Source: an uncultured Gemmatimonadales bacterium
GTDB taxonomy: Bacteria > Actinomycetota > Acidimicrobiia > Spongiisociales > UBA5794
NCBI GenBank assembly: GCA_964195945.1
Contig: CAXMRC010000135.1
Location: 16,518-80,517, forward strand
DNA length: 64,000 nucleotides
Direction: 5' to 3'
The position numbers and the translations under genes were made by a program. The notes under the pieces were generated by a model that was given only the letters and a program-made list of their open reading frames with translations, had not been told where the DNA came from and did not search any database. This document shows, piece by piece, positions 46,419 to 56,867 of this stretch (positions within the stretch are counted from its first letter, which is position 1; each line of letters begins with the position of its first letter).

Positions 46419-49400
46419 GTGTTTCTCAAGACCCTATCTCTCGTCGGATTCAAGTCATTTGCGGATCGAACGCGTCTCGATTTCGAAGCGGGTGTCAACG
46501 TAGTTGTTGGCCCGAATGGCTCCGGCAAATCAAACCTTCTCGATGCGCTCGCCTGGGTGATGGGTACCCAGGCAACCAGGGCGTTGCGAACCGAGAAGAT
46601 GGAAGACGTGATCTTTGCCGGGACAGCAACACGTCCTGCGCTCGGCCGCGCCGAGGTGACAGTCACCTTCGATAACTCTGACGAGTTTCTTCCCATTGGG
46701 CTTGCTGAAGTACGAATGACCCGCCGTCTCTTCCGAGATGGCAGCTCTGAATACGAACTCAACGGGGCACCTTGTCGTCTCATGGATCTGCATGAACTGC
46801 TTTCTGACGGTGGCGTCGGTCGCAGCCAGCACGTGCTTGTCGGGCAAGGTCAGATTGGCTCCATCCTCAACGCACGACCCAACGAACATCGTGCGGTTAT
46901 CGAGGAAGCGGCTGGTGTTACTAAGCACAAGAATCGCCGCGATCGGTCCGTGCGCAGGCTGGAACAGACCGAGATCGACTTGTCGAGGCTCAACGACATT
47001 CTCGACCAACAGCGGTCCCGGCTTCGCCCCCTAAAACGTCAGGCAAATGCTGCAGCGAAACACGGTTCGGTCAGAGACGAGATCAAAGCCCTGCAACTGT
47101 GGCTGGGGGGAGAGAAGCTTCGTCGGCTCCGGGAACGTAACGAAAAGGCATCCACGGAGCATCTAGCGCTTTCGACCCGTGTCACCAATGATGGCGGCGA
47201 GTTGGCGGCGCTCAATCTTGAGCTCGGAGCACTGCGTGGCGAAGCAAGCGAAGTTGGCACCGCCCTTGAGCGTGACACCTCGGCAGCGGCTCGTCTCGAG
47301 ACAGTTGCCGAGCGCTTCCAGCGTATCGGGCTCGTCGCCAGGGAACGCCGGTTTTCGTTGGAGAGCAGGCAGCGCGGCGCTGGGGAACGGCGCGCCGACC
47401 TCGAGTTGGAACTTGATCAGCTGAACCTGGACATTGCCGCGGCGCGGGCAGCCGAGGGATCAGCCACGGAACTCACCGATCGCCGCGAAACGGTGCTGAG
47501 ACAGCTTGAAGACGAGGAACGATCTCTCGCCGAGCAGACCCAGCTTCCCGCTGAAGGCGTTGTTGCAAACCTCCGCGGTGATTTGCGTTCACTGGAAAAC
47601 GCAGCGGAACGTGACACCAAAGAATCTGAGGCGCTTACCCGGAGACGGGAACTAATCGAGGTTCGCTTTGTCGAAGAAGAGGGCGACGCGGCTACGTTGA
47701 TCGAAGCCATCCAGGACACCGACGCCGCAGTGACCGGGGCCCAACCTGCGTATACGGCCGCGGGCGACTCCGCCGCGGCTGCTCGGGAGCAGTCAGACAT
47801 TGCCGACGTCGACAAACGAGACAAACAGATCGCTCTGGCCGGTGCGCAGGCCCGTATCGAGGCTCTGGAGACGGCACTTGCCGGTTTGGTGGATCCCGTC
47901 GCGATGGAGCGCGCCGGGACGGCAGACGGTGTCGTCGGTGCTCTTGTCGCTCGCTTGGATGTTCCGGCCGACATGGCCGTCGCCGTCGATGGTGCGCTTG
48001 GTGAGTGGCGTGGTGCGTTTGTGGTCTCAGATCGGACGGCGCTACAGCGCGTTATAACTGGGCTGAAGTCAGATGGTCTTGGCGGCGTCGGTTTTGTGGC
48101 CGTTGATGCAGCCGGGGTCGCACTGGCGAGGTCTGTTGCAGATGAGTGGGGGGTTGATGCCCTCGTCGACAGGCTCGGTGCAAACGCAGATCAAGGATTA
48201 GCTGTCAGCCTGCTCGGCGACGTAGTGGTCGCTGAAGGGTGGTCTTCTGCATGGGGAATCGTGTCACGACATCCCGAGGTGAGAGCCGTCACGCCCGAAG
48301 GCGACGTGATCACCGCCGCCGGCATGAGGTTGGCCCAGCCGGACGGTGCCGGCCCGGCCGCGCTCGAGGCCGCCGGCGTCGCCCTGGAGAGAGCCGAGAT
48401 CGACCTAGCTCGAGCCGACGCTCGCCACCTCACCATCGAACGCGAGTTCACCGCGCTTCGTGAGCAGGAACGCTCCGCCCTCGAAGCACTGGAAACCCTC
48501 GAAGCTCGTCTTGCCGGGCATACCGAGGCTCTTGCGCTCAACGAACGTGCCCGTGCGGTCAGCCGCGAAGAGTTAGAGCGGATCGATGCGCGGGCCGCGG
48601 GGATTGCTGCCGCGGTGACCGGACGCCAGGAACGTCTCGGGGAGCTACGGAGCCGCATCGAACAGTTCGAGGGCGAGGAGAAATCCCGGCAGGAGGCATG
48701 GGAAGCCTTAAACCGGCGTCGTGACGAAGTCGCCCGGCGTCGTGACGAGGCCAGAAGATTGCGCGAAGAAGTTGCCGCTGATCTCGCCAGCGCCGCTGAA
48801 CGGCGTCGCATTCTTGAAAACCGTCTCGAGACAGCCACAGCCGAACTGGTAGCTGTTGATGACAGTCCGGTTGACCCGACAACCATCGATCGACTCTCCC
48901 GAATAGAGGATGACGCCAAGCGTGCGCTCTCGGTCGTCCGTAGCCACATTCAGGCGCTCCGGGAACGGCAGCTTGCTCTGCGTGGCGAGATGGGGGAGGC
49001 CGACGAACGTCTCGCCGACGCTTATGAGCGACAAAAGGAGCTAGAGACAGACATCTCTCTGGCAAAGGAAAGAGTATCAGCGCTTGCCATCGAACTGGCT
49101 GAAATCGCGGTTCGTGACGAATCAGTTGCCGAGGGGTTGCGTCGGGATGCCGACGTGTCCGAAGAAGTTGCGTTGGCTGCCCCGCAGCCCGAGCTCGAAG
49201 AGGATTCGAATCCGGAAGAGCGTCTCGCCTCGCTTGAAGCGCAACTGCGCCGGATGGGTCCGATCAACCCGCTCGCCGCCCAGGAGTACGAGGAGCTGGC
49301 CGCTGGTGTTGATCTTCTCGAAGCGCAACTAGCTGACCTCGAAGATTCACGGGCGGAACTGCGCAAGGTCATCAAAGCTCTCGACGCCGAGATGGCCACG

Positions 49401-49859
49401 TTGTTTCACCAGGCGTTCGAAGAGATTTCGGCGTACTACGAAGAGAATTTCGACCTGGTGTTCCCTGGAGGCAAGGGTGGCTTGTCTCTGACCGAGCCGG
49501 ACAGCCTGCTGGAGACGGGCGTCGATATCGAGGCGCAGCCGCATGGCAAGAAGGTTGGCAAACTGAGCCTGCTATCCGGCGGCGAAAAATCGCTGGCGGC
49601 TCTGGCCTTCCTGTTTGCGGTCTTCCGTGCCAGACCGTCCCCGTTCTATGTCCTCGATGAGGTCGAGGCGGCCCTCGACGACGCCAATCTTCGTCGGTTC
49701 TTGCGTCTGGTCGACACGCTCCGTGAGAGCGCCCAGGTCATCATCATCACCCATCAGCAGCAGACCATGCAGGCTGCAGACATTCTGTACGGGGTGACGA
49801 TGGAGCCGGGGGAGTCGTCGCTAGTGATCGCAAAACGGATTCACGAACACGCCATTTGA
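46419..49859 (+). CDS. smc: Chromosome partition protein SMC
   Basis: GTG start. The N-terminus is LKTLSLVGFKSF..GPNGSGKSN. A long coiled coil and a hinge follow. The C-terminus has LSGGEKSL and Walker B YVLDEVEAALD. Confidence 0.9.
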   Translation: MFLKTLSLVGFKSFADRTRLDFEAGVNVVVGPNGSGKSNLLDALAWVMGTQATRALRTEKMEDVIFAGTATRPALGRAEVTVTFDNSDEFLPIGLAEVRMTRRLFRDGSSEYELNGAPCRLMDLHELLSDGGVGRSQHVLVGQGQIGSILNARPNEHRAVIEEAAGVTKHKNRRDRSVRRLEQTEIDLSRLNDILDQQRSRLRPLKRQANAAAKHGSVRDEIKALQLWLGGEKLRRLRERNEKASTEHLALSTRVTNDGGELAALNLELGALRGEASEVGTALERDTSAAARLETVAERFQRIGLVARERRFSLESRQRGAGERRADLELELDQLNLDIAAARAAEGSATELTDRRETVLRQLEDEERSLAEQTQLPAEGVVANLRGDLRSLENAAERDTKESEALTRRRELIEVRFVEEEGDAATLIEAIQDTDAAVTGAQPAYTAAGDSAAAAREQSDIADVDKRDKQIALAGAQARIEALETALAGLVDPVAMERAGTADGVVGALVARLDVPADMAVAVDGALGEWRGAFVVSDRTALQRVITGLKSDGLGGVGFVAVDAAGVALARSVADEWGVDALVDRLGANADQGLAVSLLGDVVVAEGWSSAWGIVSRHPEVRAVTPEGDVITAAGMRLAQPDGAGPAALEAAGVALERAEIDLARADARHLTIEREFTALREQERSALEALETLEARLAGHTEALALNERARAVSREELERIDARAAGIAAAVTGRQERLGELRSRIEQFEGEEKSRQEAWEALNRRRDEVARRRDEARRLREEVAADLASAAERRRILENRLETATAELVAVDDSPVDPTTIDRLSRIEDDAKRALSVVRSHIQALRERQLALRGEMGEADERLADAYERQKELETDISLAKERVSALAIELAEIAVRDESVAEGLRRDADVSEEVALAAPQPELEEDSNPEERLASLEAQLRRMGPINPLAAQEYEELAAGVDLLEAQLADLEDSRAELRKVIKALDAEMATLFHQAFEEISAYYEENFDLVFPGGKGGLSLTEPDSLLETGVDIEAQPHGKKVGKLSLLSGGEKSLAALAFLFAVFRARPSPFYVLDEVEAALDDANLRRFLRLVDTLRESAQVIIITHQQQTMQAADILYGVTMEPGESSLVIAKRIHEHAI

Positions 49860-49932
49860 CTCGATCCTGGCTGAAGGCCAGGCGCTGATGTTCTGTGTAG
49901 CGGAACTCGATCCTGGCTGAAGGCCAGGCGCT
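49860..49932 (+). repeat. Tandem duplication (period 46 nt) of a 27-nt hairpin unit, ctcgatCCTGGCtgaagGCCAGGcgct, immediately after smc
   Basis: The two copies at 49860-49886 and 49906-49932 are identical. Each holds a 6-bp inverted repeat. Confidence 0.7.
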
Positions 49933-49968
49933 AACCTGCCGCTGGTTCTGCCGCCCGGAGGTCAATCA

Positions 49969-50964
49969 ATGGAATTCGTGTATATCGCCGTTGCGCTCGT
50001 CGTTATAGGGCTCATCGTGTTGTGGCTCGTCCGGTCCCGCGCCGTGAGTACGCCATCCACTCCCACTGTGCAACCTGCTGTCCGTGGTCTCCGCGATCGT
50101 CTCGCAAAAACACGGGGGGCCCTGTCTGATCGCCTCAGTGGCGTGCTCTCTCGGGACCAGTTGGATGATGAGTTCTGGGCGGATGTCGAGGACTCGCTGG
50201 TGGCTGCCGATCTGGGTGTAGCTGCAGCAAGCACAGTCGTGGCCGCGGTCAGGAAGAGAAGTATTGACGACGCGGCGGCGGTTCGTGGCTTGCTCGCTAC
50301 GGAACTCGTTTCGCTACTCGGTTCGCGGGATCGCAGTCTGACGAGGACCACGACCCCGTCCGTTGTCCTCGTGGTAGGCGTCAACGGGAGCGGTAAGACC
50401 ACCACTATCGCCAAGCTCGCCGATCAGCTCAATACCGCGGAGACTCCTGTTCTCTTGGGGGCGGCTGACACGTTCCGTGCGGCGGCCGCCGATCAGCTCA
50501 AAACCTGGGCCACCAGGATCGGCGTCGACATCGTTACCGGGCAAAGTGGAGCCGACCCAGCATCTGTGGCATATGACTCGTACCACGCCGCCACGGCGCG
50601 CGGAGCAGCCATCGTTCTCGTAGATACAGCGGGGCGTCTCCACTCGAAGTCGAACCTGATGGACGAACTTGGCAAGGTTGCCAGGGTATTGCGCAGGGAA
50701 GCGGGGGACATCGATGAGGTTCTGTTGGTCCTTGACGGCACGACCGGTCAGAACGCCATCGGTCAGGCGCGGGCATTCACTGATGTAGTTGGGGTGACCG
50801 GGATCGTGCTCACCAAGCTTGACGGTACGGCCAGGGGCGGGGTCGCCGTCGCTGTCGAGCAGGATCTGGGCATCCCGGTGAAATACATCGGAGTCGGGGA
50901 AGGTGTCGAAGACCTGATACCGTTCGACCCGGAGGCCTTTGTCGACGCCCTCCTAGGAACATGA
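49969..50964 (+). CDS. ftsY: Signal recognition particle receptor FtsY
   Basis: GVNGSGKTTTIAKLA, DTAGRLH and the SRP54-type GTPase domain are present. Confidence 0.9.
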   Translation: MEFVYIAVALVVIGLIVLWLVRSRAVSTPSTPTVQPAVRGLRDRLAKTRGALSDRLSGVLSRDQLDDEFWADVEDSLVAADLGVAAASTVVAAVRKRSIDDAAAVRGLLATELVSLLGSRDRSLTRTTTPSVVLVVGVNGSGKTTTIAKLADQLNTAETPVLLGAADTFRAAAADQLKTWATRIGVDIVTGQSGADPASVAYDSYHAATARGAAIVLVDTAGRLHSKSNLMDELGKVARVLRREAGDIDEVLLVLDGTTGQNAIGQARAFTDVVGVTGIVLTKLDGTARGGVAVAVEQDLGIPVKYIGVGEGVEDLIPFDPEAFVDALLGT

Positions 50965-51350
50965 CTAAAGAGCTCTATGCGAAGGCCAGGCAGGCTGCGG
51001 CCAATGCTTATGCGCCGTATTCGAAGTTTCACGTTGGCGCTGTCGTCGTTGCTGATGATGGTCGGGTCTTCGAAGGATGCAATGTCGAGAATGCGGCATA
51101 TGGGTCTGGGATCTGCGCCGAAGGAAACGCCATCAGTTCCGCCGCCGCCGCTGGAGTTCGTAAAATCGACACCGTCGTGATTGCCTGCCTCGATGGCGGG
51201 GAGTGCTATCCGTGTGGGAATTGTCGCCAACTGATGCGGGAGTTCGCTGTTGACACCGTTGTTGTCCAGGACGGAGCCGGGTCGCTGCGGGTGCACCCAT
51301 TCGACGAGATCCTTCCCCACTCGTTTGGACCGGAGTCTTTGGGTCTTTGA
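50961..51350 (+). CDS. cdd: Cytidine deaminase
   Basis: CAEGNAI and PCGNCRQ are the zinc-binding motifs. Confidence 0.8.
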   Translation: MTKELYAKARQAAANAYAPYSKFHVGAVVVADDGRVFEGCNVENAAYGSGICAEGNAISSAAAAGVRKIDTVVIACLDGGECYPCGNCRQLMREFAVDTVVVQDGAGSLRVHPFDEILPHSFGPESLGL

Positions 51351-51400
51351 AGCTGACGAGAATGACTAAGTAGTACGTCGGTGCGGCCGATAGCCCCAGT

Positions 51401-51682
51401 ATGGGTAACAAAACCGGGCGCGAGTTCATCGAGGGGTGGCTGAGCCCTTGGACCCGCAATATGATGCTGGTTGTTGGATACGGACTTGTGGCATTTAGCT
51501 TGCTTACGATGTGGAGCGGACTCCACGCTAACGATGGCACCGCCATCGTTTCTGGCGTCGGCATCGGTTTCGTCGGCTGGCTTATCTCAACGCTGGTACC
51601 TGATCCCGTTCCCGCACCGCGTAAGTCGATGCGGCGTCGCGCCGCGATGCTTGCTCGTGTCGGCGGACACCAACTGCCGTAA
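51401..51682 (+). CDS. Small membrane protein
   Basis: 93 aa with two TM helices. No motif recognised. Confidence 0.3.
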   Translation: MGNKTGREFIEGWLSPWTRNMMLVVGYGLVAFSLLTMWSGLHANDGTAIVSGVGIGFVGWLISTLVPDPVPAPRKSMRRRAAMLARVGGHQLP

Positions 51683-51796
51683 CCGACCTCTTGGCTGCAA
51701 TGGTCGCGGGTCTATTGATGTCGTCCTCGGCCACCGTCTCTGAACTTGCGTACAGACCCGTGCTTTCGGCGCGAGAATACCCGCAAGAACCGAGGT

Positions 51797-52738
51797 CTAG
51801 CGGGCTTCGAGCGCTTCGATGAGTGCCGGCATCACCTTGTGGACGTCGCCAACGATTCCGAGGTCGGCGACTGAGAAGATCGGGGCCTCGGCGTCCTTGT
51901 TGATGGCGATGATGATCGATGAATCTTTCATGCCGACTAGGTGTTGCATTGCCCCGCTGATCCCACAAGCGATGTAGACGTCAGGTTTGACGGTCTTGCC
52001 CGTTTGTCCTACCTGGAGCGAATAGGGGACCCAGCCGGCGTCTACGACGGCGCGGGTCGCACCTACGGCGCCACCGAGAAGACCCGCGAGTCTGGTGACT
52101 GGTGCCCATTTCTCATCGGCTCCACCCATACCGCGACCGCCACCGATGACGATAGAGGCAGCTTCGAGGTCAGGGCCTTCGCTCTCCTCAACGTGACGTT
52201 CCAGGACGACAGCCGATCCGGCGTGTCCTACATCGGGGGTAGCAACGGTGGCTACCTCGGGAGGCCCGCCGTCTCCCGGCTCTGCGGGGAAGGCCTTGGG
52301 CCTGGTCACAACGATTACAGATCCTGTCGCTGCCGTGACCACTTTGGTTGTCCCACCAAGGATCTCGTTGGTGACGGTCACCTGATCGCCGGCAGGCTCT
52401 ACGTCGATAGCATTGGACAGCACCGGGATGCCGCGGCGGGCGCTAAGGCGTCCCGCAACATCTCGTTCGGTACTGCCTGTCCCGAACAACACAAGATCGG
52501 ATGTCGCGACGAGCTCAGCAAGAGCTGCTGCCGCGAGCGGAGCGGACAGTGCATCGGCGACATCGAGCTGGTGGATCTTGGAGGCGCCATGTACGCCGAG
52601 AGCGGCAAAGGCAGCGTCACTGCCTGCACCGACGTAGAACACCTCGACCTCTCCCCAGGCTCGCGCCTTGGTGAGCAGCTCCAGGGAGGATGCGCTCGGT
52701 GCGCCGTCGACTTCTTCGCAAAAAACCCAGGTAGTCAT
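51797..52738 (-). CDS. etfA: Electron transfer flavoprotein alpha subunit
   Basis: The C-terminal FAD-binding motif is ..[20 protein letters not shown]. Confidence 0.85.
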   Translation of the reverse strand: MTTWVFCEEVDGAPSASSLELLTKARAWGEVEVFYVGAGSDAAFAALGVHGASKIHQLDVADALSAPLAAAALAELVATSDLVLFGTGSTERDVAGRLSARRGIPVLSNAIDVEPAGDQVTVTNEILGGTTKVVTAATGSVIVVTRPKAFPAEPGDGGPPEVATVATPDVGHAGSAVVLERHVEESEGPDLEAASIVIGGGRGMGGADEKWAPVTRLAGLLGGAVGATRAVVDAGWVPYSLQVGQTGKTVKPDVYIACGISGAMQHLVGMKDSSIIIAINKDAEAPIFSVADLGIVGDVHKVMPALIEALEAR

Positions 52739-52739
52739 C

Positions 52740-53504
52740 TCAAATCACCTTCGCTTCTTGGAGCTTCTCGATGATCTTGATATAGCCCTCACCCTCGTCC
52801 TCGATGATCTCTCCCGCCTGTCGACCCGCGATCGGCTCAACTGACTGAATGACCTGCTGCGCTTCCGGCGTAATCCCGAGTTCGGCGCATGTCTTGGTCT
52901 CGACCGGCTTCTTCTTCGCCTGCATGATCCCCTTGAAATTGGGATAGCGAGGTTCGGCAACACCCGACGTCACCGTCAGCAGTGCCGGCAGCGGTGCCTC
53001 CACGACGTTGTAGCCGTCCCGGGTCTGGCGCTCGATGCGGATCTTGTCTCCGTCCTTTTCGACTTTGCGAGCGAAACTGAGGCTCGGAACTTCGAGCAGT
53101 TCGGCGAGCTGCTGGGGCATCACGCCCGCATAGCCGTCGGTTGACTCGGTGCCAGCAATGACGAGGTCGAAGCCGTCCTCTTTGAGGGCAGCCGCCAGCG
53201 CTCGTGCGGTCGTCAGAGCATCTGCACCACGCAACATCTCATCGTCGATAATGATGGCCCTATCGGCACCCATGGCAAGTGCCTGGCGAATGCCCTGCAG
53301 GGTGCCAGATGGCGACATCGATACCAGCGTCACCGTGGCTTGCTCACCGATGTCTTCGGCGAGCTGGAGCCCAACCTCCACGCCGTACCTGTCAGTGTCA
53401 TCGAGCACCTGGTCATTGGGTCGGACGACGAAATTCGTCACAGGATCCAGTTCATAGGGCGCTGCCGGATCGGGTATCTGCTTTACGCAGACTGCAATCT
53501 TCAT
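52740..53504 (-). CDS. etfB: Electron transfer flavoprotein beta subunit
   Basis: MKIAVCVKQIPD is the N-terminus. The ORF extends to 53522. Confidence 0.85.
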   Translation of the reverse strand: MKIAVCVKQIPDPAAPYELDPVTNFVVRPNDQVLDDTDRYGVEVGLQLAEDIGEQATVTLVSMSPSGTLQGIRQALAMGADRAIIIDDEMLRGADALTTARALAAALKEDGFDLVIAGTESTDGYAGVMPQQLAELLEVPSLSFARKVEKDGDKIRIERQTRDGYNVVEAPLPALLTVTSGVAEPRYPNFKGIMQAKKKPVETKTCAELGITPEAQQVIQSVEPIAGRQAGEIIEDEGEGYIKIIEKLQEAKVI

Positions 53505-53562
53505 GTTCTGGCTTCTCCTCAACCGCAGTTATCGCCGATATTAGTTCAGTTGGACATCGGAG

Positions 53563-54408
53563 CTATTGCGGATCTGAGACCAGTCGCGGTAGGAGCTCGT
53601 TGATCAGATGGGTGAACTTGGATTTCGCCAATTCGGCGGCTTCCTGAACCTCTTCATGGGTGACCGGTTCGTTAGAGGCGCCGGCGGCGAGATTGGTGAC
53701 TAGCGAAATAGCACCGACCCGGCGACCCATGTGCGCAAGCGCAACTGCCTCCGGCACCGTTGACATGCCGACGAGGTCTCCACCGATACGGCGCACCATT
53801 TCAATCTCTGCTGGTGTCTCGTATGACGGCCCAGTGAACCAGGCGTATACGCCCTCTTTGTAGGAAACATCGGCGACATCGAAGGCCGCCTTCATTTCGT
53901 GACGAAGCGCCCCGCTGTAGGCGTCGCTCACATCAGGGAATCGGGTACCGAGACGCTTGTCGTTTGCCCCGATCAACGGGTTTTGCCCCGTCAGGTTGAT
54001 GTGGTCACTTACGGCGACAAGATCGCCAACGGAGAGTCCCCGACTCACGCCACCGCACGCATTGGTGAGCAGAACCGTATGACATCCGGCCAGGGCAGCA
54101 GCTCTGACACCAAAGACAACATCGAACAAATCCCAGCCCTCGTAAAAATGCACTCGACCAGAAAAGATCAGCGCACCTTTGCCATCAACGTCGATTGAGT
54201 ACAACGTCCCCGAATGTCCTTCGACCTTCGGTGTCGGGAAATGCGGGATCGTGGCGTACGGAATAGCGACTGCATTCGGTAACGCTGCCGCGTAGTCGCC
54301 TAGCCCTGATCCAAGTACTAATGCTGCCGCATGCTCTTTGCGCCCCGATAGGTCGGCAATAGCTGCGGCTGCTTCCTGAAGCCGTTCATAGCCCACGTAA
54401 GCCTCCAT
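53563..54408 (-). CDS. Purine nucleoside phosphorylase (family 2)
   Basis: FTGPSYETPAEI..GMSTVPE is the PNP signature. Confidence 0.8.
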   Translation of the reverse strand: MEAYVGYERLQEAAAAIADLSGRKEHAAALVLGSGLGDYAAALPNAVAIPYATIPHFPTPKVEGHSGTLYSIDVDGKGALIFSGRVHFYEGWDLFDVVFGVRAAALAGCHTVLLTNACGGVSRGLSVGDLVAVSDHINLTGQNPLIGANDKRLGTRFPDVSDAYSGALRHEMKAAFDVADVSYKEGVYAWFTGPSYETPAEIEMVRRIGGDLVGMSTVPEAVALAHMGRRVGAISLVTNLAAGASNEPVTHEEVQEAAELAKSKFTHLINELLPRLVSDPQ

Positions 54409-54467
54409 GCTTGGCCCTCACACGTGAGCAAGGATAGCCCGTCAGACGGAGGGCACCGGTGGGTGGG

Positions 54468-55778
54468 TCAGCCGATGCGGCCGATAACCAGTTCTGGTTT
54501 ATCTACCGATTCGCCGATATCCCAGGCCCTTTCGAGAAGCGGCCTGGCGGCTTCGAATCGCGCTTGGTCCCCGTATGCAATGACGGCGAGCGGCTGACCC
54601 TTGTCGACTTTGTCGCCGATCTTGGCGAGCACAGAAATGCTCACGCCAGGATCGACCATGTCCTCTTTGCGTTCTCTGCCCGCACCCAGCCGGACACCGG
54701 CGACACCGATGTCACGGGCATCACACTTGGTGACATAACCGGATTCGGGAGCCGTCAGCTCGTAACGCAACGGAGCAACCGGGAGCAGGCCGCGGTCGTC
54801 GGCGACTGCGGGGTTGCCGTCCTGAGCGACGATTACTTCCTGGAACTTCTCCATAGCGGCACCCGATTCGACGGCCTTCTTGAGACGAGCCAATGCGCGG
54901 TCCCGATCGGGGTCAACTCCTCCGAGTACCAGCATGTCGGCGCCAAGACTGTAGGTGAGATCCACCACGTCAGCCGGGCCGCCGCCGGAGAGGACATCAA
55001 GCGACTCGGCGATCTCGTTGGCGTTGCCGACCTCGACGCCGAGCGGCTGGTCCATACCTGTAAGTGTGGCAACAACCTTGGTCCCGTGTGATGCGCCGAT
55101 GCCGACCATGGTCTCAGCGAGCAACCGGGCGTCGGCTTCGTTCTTCATGAACGCACCCGAACCGGTCTTGACGTCGAGCACGAGTCCATCGATGCCCTCA
55201 GCGAGTTTCTTCGACATGATTGACGAAGAGATCAGCGGAAGTGAAGGAACCGTGCCGGTGCTGTCTCGTAGCGCATAAATACGGCGATCCGCAGGTGCCA
55301 TTGTCTCTGACTGCCCGCCGAGGACCAGTCCGAGACGTTCCACGATGTCAACGAACTCTTTCTTGTCGAGACGAGTACGAAATCCGGGGATCGACTCAAG
55401 CTTGTCCAATGTTCCGCCTGTATGACCAAGACCACGACCCGACATCATCGGTACGGCGACGCCACACGCCGCGACCATCGGAGCAAGGGGGATACTGATT
55501 TTGTCGCCGACACCGCCCGTGGAATGCTTGTCGATCTTTGACGATGGTATGTGGCTGAGGTCGAGAACTTCGCCGGATCTGAGCATCGCTTCTGTCCAGG
55601 GGCCGAGCTCTTCGGCGCTAAATCCTCGGATAAATATCGCCATCAACAGCGACGACATCTGATAATCGGGGAGCCGGTCCGCGGTGTACTCGGAGATTAT
55701 CCACTGCAGCTCGTCCGGCAACAGTGTCCCGTTGTCCCGCTTGCGCTCGATCAGGTCAGTTATTGAGTGATGCTTCAT
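54468..55778 (-). CDS. deoA: Thymidine / pyrimidine-nucleoside phosphorylase
   Basis: HSTGGVGDKISIPLAP is the glycosyltransferase family-3 motif. The ORF extends to 55859, and I take the internal Met at 55778 as the start. Confidence 0.85.
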   Translation of the reverse strand: MKHHSITDLIERKRDNGTLLPDELQWIISEYTADRLPDYQMSSLLMAIFIRGFSAEELGPWTEAMLRSGEVLDLSHIPSSKIDKHSTGGVGDKISIPLAPMVAACGVAVPMMSGRGLGHTGGTLDKLESIPGFRTRLDKKEFVDIVERLGLVLGGQSETMAPADRRIYALRDSTGTVPSLPLISSSIMSKKLAEGIDGLVLDVKTGSGAFMKNEADARLLAETMVGIGASHGTKVVATLTGMDQPLGVEVGNANEIAESLDVLSGGGPADVVDLTYSLGADMLVLGGVDPDRDRALARLKKAVESGAAMEKFQEVIVAQDGNPAVADDRGLLPVAPLRYELTAPESGYVTKCDARDIGVAGVRLGAGRERKEDMVDPGVSISVLAKIGDKVDKGQPLAVIAYGDQARFEAARPLLERAWDIGESVDKPELVIGRIG

Positions 55779-55833
55779 TCCCCAATTATTGCCGACCGAA
55801 CGCAATCCGAAGAGTCCCAAATGTTGGCAAACG

Positions 55834-56115
55834 TCACTTATTGAGCGTGACCTTGCCATTTACCACTTTGACGCCTTCGGAGCGGAGCCGTTGCGCCTGC
55901 TCAGCCTCGCTGCGTGGGGCCAATCGACCGGCCGCATTTACCACCCGCCACCAAGGGAGCCCTGGGACGGTTCGGAGCAGATTACCGACGGCTCGGGCGG
56001 CTCCTGGATAGCCGGCTTCCGTGGCCACCTCGCCGTATGCGATGACATCACCCGGCTCGAGAGCCTCGAGAATGTGGATGACAGCTTCGGTGAAATCGTC
56101 GCCGCTGTCGCTCAT
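55834..56115 (-). CDS. Alkyltransferase-like (ATL) protein: an MGMT DNA-binding domain that lacks the acceptor cysteine
   Basis: VIAYGEVA...RAVG...PWWRVV has Trp where MGMT has the PCHRV Cys. 93 aa. Confidence 0.6.
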   Translation of the reverse strand: MSDSGDDFTEAVIHILEALEPGDVIAYGEVATEAGYPGAARAVGNLLRTVPGLPWWRVVNAAGRLAPRSEAEQAQRLRSEGVKVVNGKVTLNK

Positions 56116-56867
56116 GTCGCCTCCAGCACCAGCACCTGTGGATGCAGGCCCTCTTCGTCGTCCCCATGGCGGAATTCGCAGGCGAGCTTTTTGAAACCCG
56201 GCGTCGGCAACGCTGCGAAGTCTTCGTCAGAGTAGAACGCAAAGAATCGCGGCGGGTCTGTCCACTCGTCCTCAAGCGTCCCCTCGTAGTTCATACCTCC
56301 GTACACAACGATGACAGCGATGCCGCCTGCTCGGAGTGAACGTCGTACCACCTGGAGCACTCCCTGGAAGAGGTCCTTCTTCACGTGGAGAATCGAATTC
56401 ATGGCGAACACACCGTCGAACTCGCCAACATGGAAGTCAGGGTTGGTGAAGTCACCGACTCTGGCATCGATGCCACGCCCAACCGCTAGATCCACGTTTG
56501 CTGGAGACAGATCCATTGCGGTGACGGCGAAGCCTTGGGCGGCTACGTATACGGCTCCCTGTCCTGGACCAGCTCCCAGCTCGAGAACTGACGCTCCGGG
56601 CCTGAGCCGACCCAGGAAGTCGTCAATAATCTCAGCCCGCCATCCGTCGAATACGTTGTTGTCGCGGCGCGGCGCATCGAAGTCGTATGCATCGCGGAGG
56701 GTGCTGCTGTGCTCGTTCGTGTCGATGGTCTGTTCCGGAAAATCGTGGCTAAAGGGGTGGACGGTCGATGGTCCCGAACAACCTATCGCCCATATCGCCG
56801 AGTCCGGGAACGATGTAGTAGATGTCGTTGAGGCCCTCGTCTGCGGCCGCGGCGACGATGCGAACAT
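56112..56867 (-). CDS. Class I SAM-dependent methyltransferase
   Basis: VLELGAGPGQG..AMDLS is motif I/II. There is no in-frame ATG, GTG or TTG between the upp stop at 56749 and the SAM motif. The only start (56867 or 56897) overlaps upp by ~120-150 nt. Confidence 0.5.
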   Translation of the reverse strand: MFASSPRPQTRASTTSTTSFPDSAIWAIGCSGPSTVHPFSHDFPEQTIDTNEHSSTLRDAYDFDAPRRDNNVFDGWRAEIIDDFLGRLRPGASVLELGAGPGQGAVYVAAQGFAVTAMDLSPANVDLAVGRGIDARVGDFTNPDFHVGEFDGVFAMNSILHVKKDLFQGVLQVVRRSLRAGGIAVIVVYGGMNYEGTLEDEWTDPPRFFAFYSDEDFAALPTPGFKKLACEFRHGDDEEGLHPQVLVLEAT

